This document shows, piece after piece, positions 55,748-64,000 of a stretch of 64,000 nucleotides of DNA. Below the pieces are notes generated by a model, which saw only the letters and a program-made list of their open reading frames with translations, ran no database searches and was not told where the DNA came from. Each line of letters begins with the position of its first letter. The first letter of the stretch is position 1. The translations under genes were made by a program, and so were the position numbers. Origin of the DNA: Eledone cirrhosa (Eukaryota); contig OZ024740.1 of the NCBI GenBank assembly GCA_964016885.1, forward strand, positions 289,912,001-289,976,000. The letters are read 5' to 3'.

Positions 55748-57373
55748 CAAGTAGGCAAATAATGATGTGTGTAAATACGCATCACTATACGCAGAAATAG
55801 CATCATTCTCCGTAGTTTCCCTCTCTCTCTTTCTTCTAACAAAGTCTGCGTATTTCTTTAACTGAAGGTCTTGTTCCATTAAATAGTTATTTCCAGTTGT
55901 CGACTCATCTAACCACTTAATAGTATTCATTCAACCTAGATAAGCAGATAGTAGAGGATTTCATATATTTTGATTTGAATCAATGCAAGATCTATTCATT
56001 GTTCTCCAGAAATTCCTAAGACGCTGTACAGCTTCGAGAAGGTTTCGTTGTAGATAATTCACCAACTCATTTCCATAGCTAGCTGCCATACTTCCCAACC
56101 TGATGAGGATATTATATTTAGTAAACGCTCACATAGTTTCTCTATTCTGCTTCACTTGATCTTCGAATCTAGATTCTTTCTTGCAAGTACTTCCGTTCGA
56201 GTGTTGAAGTATAAAATTGGTTTCTGTTCCTCTATGTGTTGAGATAATTTCAAGCCCACTTTATTTCATTTGTCCCTCCTCTTCTCATCATAGCTTCTTT
56301 GTTTCATTTTACTAAACACTTCCCTTAATTACTCTATCATTCTTTGCCAGAATTATAATTTCTTGGAACCTCCTCACTGCATGTGTCTTCGTTACAGAAC
56401 TCAAGCGACAGAAAGAAGTGCAGTCTGAAAATAAACCATATAGGTGAACTAACAGAAGCACTAGGGCGACGGCTGAAATGCCCCGAGGTGTGTATTCTGG
56501 CTGTTTACGTTGTAAGTTCAAAGCCCGATGCGGTCAACTATACCTTTAATCCAACTGAGACCACAAAATACCAGTCTAGGCCAATGATAGAATCATTAGA
56601 GCATCGAACAGGTTGACTTGCGATATTTGTTGCAGCTTTTTATGTTGTGTTTTCAGATTCTGTGTGGATCCTACTGTGATGGTAAACTTAATTGGTTGGC
56701 TTGTTTAAGACCACTGCTTGGCTCTTGGGTATTTTTAGCGGAGTCCACTCAACTGCAAAAATTCGAACCAGTACAAAATTCGAGTATCTTACCCCTATCG
56801 GTTTCAGAAGCACAGGGAGAGTTACTGACAAAAACAGCAACTCGCCAGTTTGGGCGAATCAGCAAATGTTATGAACACAACGCCTCCACCTTCATACATG
56901 ATAGAATTAAACACCAATCTACATAATTTCTAACTGAGTATTAACGCATCAATCTCACATATGGTGGAGGAGGCATTCAGTCCTTTTAGAGCTTATTAAA
57001 AATAGAATCGAATAATAACTCTTAGCTGGTTTTTCATTTTAGAATTTTCTTGTTAATAATTCACACCGATATGTTTGTAGATGCAAAGCTTGCAGATTCT
57101 GTTCACGGAAATTTATCCAGCTTTGCTGCTGTCTAATTTATTATTCTCCTTATTTTCTATATATTGCCAGGACTTACAATATTGCATGCAGTGAGGTGTA
57201 AACTGTTTTTAACATTTACGGCTTGTAATTGGTTTGTAAATTTCGCCGCCAACCAATCTGATTGGCAGATCATAATTATACAAAAATGCATAATAATCTT
57301 CAAACTACTAGATCTGTAAGTATCATAAATTCAGGTGCCAATGGTACATCACCGAAGACTTCATCTTCATGTA

Positions 57374-57405
<32 letters not shown>

Positions 57406-57510
57406 GATATGTCATCTTCAGCAATTCTATTCCTGTTCAAGCTATACTAACGAGACGAGTTCGTCAGCTTTAATCTATACTTTTGCTGGGTAAGTAGTTA
57501 TCGTTGCATA

Positions 57511-57584
57511 GACCCTAATCAGCCCAGGACAAACCTATAATCAAAGGTCTTTGATTATAGGTTTGTCCTGGGCTGATTAAGGTC
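57511..57584. repeat. Near-perfect 36-bp-arm hairpin with 2-nt centre
   Basis: gaccctaatcagcccaggacaaacctataatcaaag gt ctttgattataggtttgtcctgggctgattaaggtc. Confidence 0.9.
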
Positions 57585-58456
57585 ATTTCGGCCGTGAACA
57601 TCTCATTTTATGAGTGTCTAGAACTGCATTAGCTAATGTGTCAATCCATTTTTCTAGCAACCGAGTGACAACGCAGAGCGTATTTGGAGCTCAATTTGAA
57701 CTGCTGTAGTTTGAATTTTGTAGGTAACACTTAGACATGAAGTGAAGGTCTTTTAGATGGTTGCAGTTCGCTGGAGAAGAATTTAATGCGGATTTTGTTG
57801 TATAACAGACATTAGGGATGATGTGAGAATGAGAGGAAAACGCATCGAATGAATTGAATTGATTTTGAGTGTGTATATATAGTCAGATAAGAGGAGCAGA
57901 AGTCGCAGAGTGATGAATTAGTGCTTCAGTTGGTTTGGGGTTATAGTATGTTAAGGAAAGCATCTGAATAATTAACTTTTGCGATTTGGCTTTTGAATAT
58001 GCTAAGTTCTCCCGCTTAATTGTGGACAATATTGTGCATCAGATAAGTGGTTCACTCAGTGCTACTTCAGTAAGTACGATGAACACTATATTTTGCTGTG
58101 GAGGTGTAATAAGACCAAAACATGCCCGGTATTGTCATTTGAACATGCCAACGACGGGATTAATATAGTATGTCATTGACCTAATGTTATCTTTTCTTCA
58201 TCACGTAATTATTTCTAATCATATTGTTTTTGCTCACTGCATCAAATATGGTAACACTACATTTTAACAATCACCTCAACCAATTTCTTTTGTATGTTTT
58301 CTGAGTGAAGCAGCATTCTAGATATTTAAGCAACATTTCAATGTGTAGTAATCATGCAGTTTGAGGAAGAGAGGAGAAATAACATGTCCGTGAGCTTAAT
58401 GGTTACAATATGTTGACGAAGTTTCCGCTTAATAGCTGGATGTCTTTCTTTTGTAT

Positions 58457-58567
<111 letters not shown>

Positions 58568-58715
58568 GAAACGACTGGTTATAAACAAAGTATTGGAGAT
58601 CGATTGGCGCATAATCAGGCGTATAGCGAACTCTAGACCTGCCAGATCAAAGAAACAATTGTCAGCAATGTGAATAAAGCCCTTATTGTATAGCGAACCA
58701 TGTCAATCTTCTTTC

Positions 58716-58854
<139 letters not shown>

Positions 58855-59329
58855 AACAGCAGCAGTAGCATTATCCCATGTATATGAAACAGAACTTGAA
58901 TCTGTATTATTTTGTTGTAAAGAGCCAGCGGATGATCAGTTCTGAAGTGTTTTCTGGCTCTGAAGAGGAAACTTAATGTTTCGATGTAGTTTTGGCAATG
59001 TTATATATGTGAGGTCGCCAGGAAACTTTAATCAAGTTTAAAGTATATAAAAGTAGATTAAATATGGATAGAACCACGATTATATAATATCTTTGGAAGA
59101 GACATTCTAGTCATGTGGAAGATACCATTTTTCAAAGAAATTTGGGATAATGTTATTGGACAATTGAATGTTTTTGTTTTTACATTGTAATAAATACATA
59201 CTCAGAATATTAAGTATTCTGCTGTTCCCGCTGGAATATTTTACGCTGCATCTGTTTTCTTCATTTCTTTCTTTCTTTCTTTATTTCGTTTGTTTCTTTC
59301 TTTCTCTATGCTATTTTTCACTACACACA

Positions 59330-59485
59330 CCTATATGTGTCTATGTATTTGTGTGTATGTATGTATGTATGTATGTATGTATGTATGTATGTATGTATGT
59401 ATGTATGTATGTATGTATGTATGTTTGTATGTATATATATATATATTTATATTCATTTATATATATATATATATTTATAGTCATT

Positions 59486-59541
<56 letters not shown>

Positions 59542-59667
59542 CACATATTTGACAGTATGTGTGTATATATATATTTATATTTATATATTTATACATGTAT
59601 ATATATATATATAAATACATAAACCTATATGTGTCTATGTATTTGTGTATATGTATGTATGTATGTA

Positions 59668-59730
<63 letters not shown>

Positions 59731-59828
59731 TCATTTATATATATTTATATATATATACATACATACACACAAACATACACACACAGACACACACATATAT
59801 TTATATATATATATACACACACTCCCTG

Positions 59829-59913
<85 letters not shown>

Positions 59914-59930
59914 ATGTGTTTGTGTGTGAG
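59330..59930. repeat. Compound (TATG)n/(TA)n/(TG)n microsatellite field
   Basis: Direct reading. Confidence 0.9.
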
Positions 59931-60119
59931 TACTAGAAAACCCATAAGTAAATGAAAAGAAAAAAATTTGAAATAAATACAAAATAAAGATAAGATAGAT
60001 TATAAAATAAGATGACAAAGGAGAACAGCCATCTTTCTTTAACACCAACTACAACAACTACAACAACAATATCTTACTTTAATCGCCTTCATTTCTTTCT
60101 TCCATATCATGCTCCTTCG

Positions 60120-60328
60120 CATGATAATGATGATGATGATGATGATGATGGTTGTGATGGTGGTGATGATGGTTATGATGGTGGTGATGATGGTTATGAT
60201 GGTGGTGATGATGGCGGTGTTGATTATCATGCTGATCATGATCAATTTGTTAGTCATTTATCATCATCATTACCACTACGATCATCATCATCATCATCAT
60301 CATCATCATTACCATCATCGTCACCACC

Positions 60329-60362
<34 letters not shown>

Positions 60363-60766
60363 TCATCACCAGCACCACCACCACTACCACCACCAGCAGC
60401 ATCATCACCACCACCACCACCACCACCACCACCACCACCACCATCATCATCATCCTCATCACCAGCACCACCAGCACCACCAGCACCACCACCACCATCG
60501 TCATCGTCATCGTCAACATCATCATTATCATCACCATTATCATCATCATCATTAACATCATCATCATCGTCATCATCATCACCATCATCACCATCATCAT
60601 CACCATCACCATCATCATCATCATCACCTTCACCATCATCATCACCACCATCATCATCACCATCATCACCATCATCATCACCATCACCATCATCATCATC
60701 ATCACCACCACCATCATCATCATCACCATCATCATCACCATCATCACCATCATCATCATCATCACC

Positions 60767-60797
<31 letters not shown>

Positions 60798-61070
60798 CCT
60801 TCATCATCATCATCATCCTCACCATCCTCACCAATATCGTCATCACCATCACCATCATCATCATCACCCCCATCATCATCACCATCATCACCACCACCAT
60901 CATCATCATCACCATCATCACCATCAACATCATCATCATCACCATCATCACCATCACCATCACCATCACCATCACCATCATGATCATCATCACCTTCACC
61001 ATCATCATCATCACCATCATCATCATCACCATCACCATCACCATCATCACCATCACCATCAACACCATTA
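60120..61070. repeat. (GAT)/(CAT)/(CAC) trinucleotide low-complexity tract
   Basis: Direct reading; the Ser/Pro/His ORFs are translations of it. Confidence 0.9.
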
Positions 61071-61644
61071 ACATACGAGTTAGTAATACTCCATCAAACA
61101 TCTTTGAAGTGCAAACATTTCACAGGGAAGCTTATCACAGTTGTAATATAGGGAGAGCGGTGTTGTGTTAGTAGTAGACTGGTAGTTTTAGTGGTGTGTA
61201 GTGTAATGGTAGTCATGATGTATTGCTGTAGGAGTATTAGTACAGATAGTGGTGTAATGTGGTGGGGGTAATGTAGTGCTGTACATGCAAGATCCTGTAA
61301 CTCCCCGAGGGAGTCGCGGGGCACCATATTGACATGCAGATTTTCTAAGGCATTTTAAAAACTTGGCGTATCCCATCACCTCCTCCTCTCCTGGTCTGAA
61401 TACAGCAGATTTCTTCCAGAGAAGGATAGAGAGTATGAGAGAGGAAGTAAATATAGGTATAGAAAAAGAATCGACCCCAGTACTTGACTGGTAAATTTTT
61501 TTTATCGATCTCGAAAGGTTGAAATACAAAGTACTGAGAGAAGATGTGCTAGTAAATTGTGAACTCTGTTTAGCTCTATATCTGATGGATCCAGTTGATC
61601 TATGATCAATGGCGTTCCAGCTACGACTATTTCCCTTTTTTTAA

Positions 61645-61905
61645 TACTAAAACTTGAGAGATCACAGCTCCAATACTATGGGCATCTGGTTAGAATGTCT
61701 CTGGAAAGAATCGCTGGACAGATTTTACTGACAAAACCAACTGGCAGGAGACTCAAGGGTAGACCCCGAGCAAGATGGTTGAATAACAGCCGTGAGCTTG
61801 GCTGGTCTCACTTGGGGATCCAACTGCTTCTGACGGGACCCGCTTGACAAAGTATTTGGGGACTCTGCCCCCCCACGACCCTCTCAGGAATAGGTGGTTG
61901 AAAAC
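61645..61905 (+). mobile_element. RTE LINE 3' fragment
   Basis: LERSQLQYYGHLVRMSLERIAGQILLTKPTGRRLKGRPRARW. Confidence 0.7.
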
Positions 61906-62126
61906 TACATTGTTGAATATGTTTTTTCTTCTTTTTGTAAAAGGTCATGAGTGAGTTGAGCGCCGAATTGGCAGAGTCATTAGAACATTGGTTGGAATGC
62001 ATCATGGTATTCGTTTCAATTTTTCTTTTCATCATTTCAAAGTCGATAAAAATCGTATCGATCCAGTACTGAGATCGATCCCTCCTCTATGTCGCTTTCT
62101 CACTTTCACGCTCTCATTATCACTCC

Positions 62127-62314
62127 GACAAGGGCGGTGAATTGGCAGTATTGGTAGAGGGTCAGACATGCTTTCCAGCGTAGTTACGTCCCTTTACGAT
62201 CTGAGATCAAATCCCGCCGAGGTTAACTTTGCCGTTCATCCTTACGGGGTCGATAAAATAAAAGTACCAGTAATACACTGGGTACTTGCTGGCCTTGTGC
62301 CAAAAGTAGAAACA
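62127..62314 (+). mobile_element. Octopus-type tRNA SINE with 11-bp TSD
   Basis: ggcggtgaattggcagtattggtag...gagatcaaatcccgccgagg...; TSD attatcactcc at 62116-62126 and 62315-62325. Confidence 0.85.
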
Positions 62315-62529
62315 ATTATCACTCCCACTCTCTCTTTCTTCAGAAGATATTAACTGTGTTCAGACTGTGAGAGGGATGGACTCCACTAGGCTTAAATGCA
62401 TAAATCACGACGGCAGCTCAACGACTCCACCAGGAGCTATAGGGCATGGCTTGTGTGATTTGAGAGGGAGTTGGTTGATACTTTTAACAGATCGACTGAC
62501 ACTGTAGCAGTGTCTTCGTTATGTTGATA

Positions 62530-63712
62530 GGGTGCTGATGGTGGTGGTGGTGGTGGTGGCGGTGGTGGTGGTGATGGTGGTGGTGGTGGTGGTGGTGGTG
62601 GTGGTGGTGCTGATGGTAGTGGTGGTGGCGGTGGTGGTTGTGGTGGTGGTGGTGGTGATGATGGTGGTGGTGATGGTGGTGATGGTGGTGGTGGTGGTGA
62701 TGGTGGTGGTGCTGATGGTGGTGGTGGTGATGGTGGTGGTGATGGTGGTGGTGCTGATGGTGGTGATGGTGGTGGTGGTGGTGGTGGTGGTCGTGGTGGT
62801 AGTGGTGCTGATGGTGGTGATGGTGGTGGTGATGGTGGTGGTGATGGTGGAGGTGGTGGTGCTGATGGTGGTGGTGGTGGTGATGGTGGTGGTGGTGGTG
62901 GTGGTGGTGGTGGTGGTGGTGGTGGTGGTGGTGGTGATGGTGGTGGTGGTGCCGATGGTGGTGGTGGTGATGGTGGTGATGGTGGTGGTGGTGGTGGTGG
63001 TGGCGGTGGTGGTGGTGGTGGTGGTGATGATGATGATGGTGGTGGTGGTGTTGGTGGTGGTGGTGATGATTGTGGTGGTGGTGGTGGTGATGATGGTGGC
63101 GGTGGTGGTGGTGGTGGTGGCGGTGGTGGTGGTGGTGGTGGTGGTGGTGATGATGGTGGTGGTGGTGATGATGATGGTGGTGGTGGTGGTGGTGGTGATG
63201 ATGATGGTGGTGGTTTTGGTGGTGATGATGGTTGAGGTGATGGTGGTGATGATGGTAGTGGTGGTGGTGTTGGTGGTGGCAGTGGTGGTGGTGGTGGTGG
63301 TGATGATGGTGGCGGTGGTGGTGGTGGTGATGATGGTGATGGTGGTGGTGGTGGTGGTGGTGGTGATGGTGGTGGTGGTGGTAATGATGGTTGAGGTGAA
63401 GGTGGTGGTGGTGGTGGTGGTGGTGATGATGGTGATGTTGTTGTTGGTGGTGGTGGTGGTGAAAATGGTGGTGGTGGTGATCATGGTTGAGGTGATGGTG
63501 GTGGTGGTGGTGATGTTGGTAGTAGTGATGATGGTGGTGGTGGTGATGGTGGTGACGGTAGTGGTGGTGGTGGTGGTGGTGGTGGTGGTGGTGGTGGTGG
63601 TGGTGGTGGTGGTGGTGGTGGTGATGGTGGTGGTTGTGATGGTGGTGGTGGTGGTGGTGGTGGTGGAGTTGGTAATGGGAGTAGTGGTAGCGGTTGTGTT
63701 TGTGTTGTGGTA
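62530..63712. repeat. (GGT)/(GAT) trinucleotide low-complexity tract
   Basis: Direct reading. Confidence 0.92.
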
Positions 63713-64000
63713 GTGGGAGGGATGACTGTGTTAGAGTAATCAGCTAAAAGGAAATATAAGATAAAACAACAGCAGCATCTGCAGTAGCAATAGCAGTAGT
63801 AAATACATCGGTGATGATGATGATGGTGAAGATGATGGTGATGGTGATGATTATGGGGTGGTGGTGATAATCATAATTTACATGTTGATCGTCTTGTAGT
63901 TTGTTCCTGATGATAATGCTGATGTGGCTGTTTTGTTAATGGTGGTGATGGTAATGGTGGTGATGGTTGTGGTGGTGATGGTGATGATGGTGGTGGTGGT

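Noticed and set aside
55770-58400. Possible very old LINE remnants or host exons
   Set aside because: No motif was recognisable with enough confidence, and there are many stops.
60012-63713. Ser/Pro-, His-, Thr- and Val-rich ORFs
   Set aside because: Trinucleotide low-complexity tracts open in several frames on both strands.

Overview
AT-rich eukaryotic, repeat-dominated DNA. The SINEs and microsatellite density look like an octopod cephalopod; this is my inference from repeat recognition, not a database match. I can support no intact host gene. Bases 1-~20,640 are a 54-bp minisatellite with four biallelic positions, higher-order duplications and a 200-N gap. The rest is a nest of decayed transposons: RTE, CR1-like, two R4/Dong-like and two Tx1-like LINEs, Penelope-like elements (PLEs), a hATm-like and a Tc1/mariner DNA transposon, a hAT MITE and tRNA-SINEs. 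The main unexplained signal is a dense set of about a dozen type-I hammerhead ribozyme (HHR) motifs, plus several half motifs, between 21.8 and 54.7 kb. Most lie in at least five sequence-unrelated, non-coding modules embedded in (TA)n tracts, either as partial tandem units of ~420-490 bp or as fold-back inversions. They resemble non-LTR retrozymes or PLE pseudo-LTRs. One family carries a compensatory U3-A8 core, one a ~115-nt stem II, and two have octamer motifs upstream of the ribozyme. All RNA structures were paired by eye; no folding or database searches were run.
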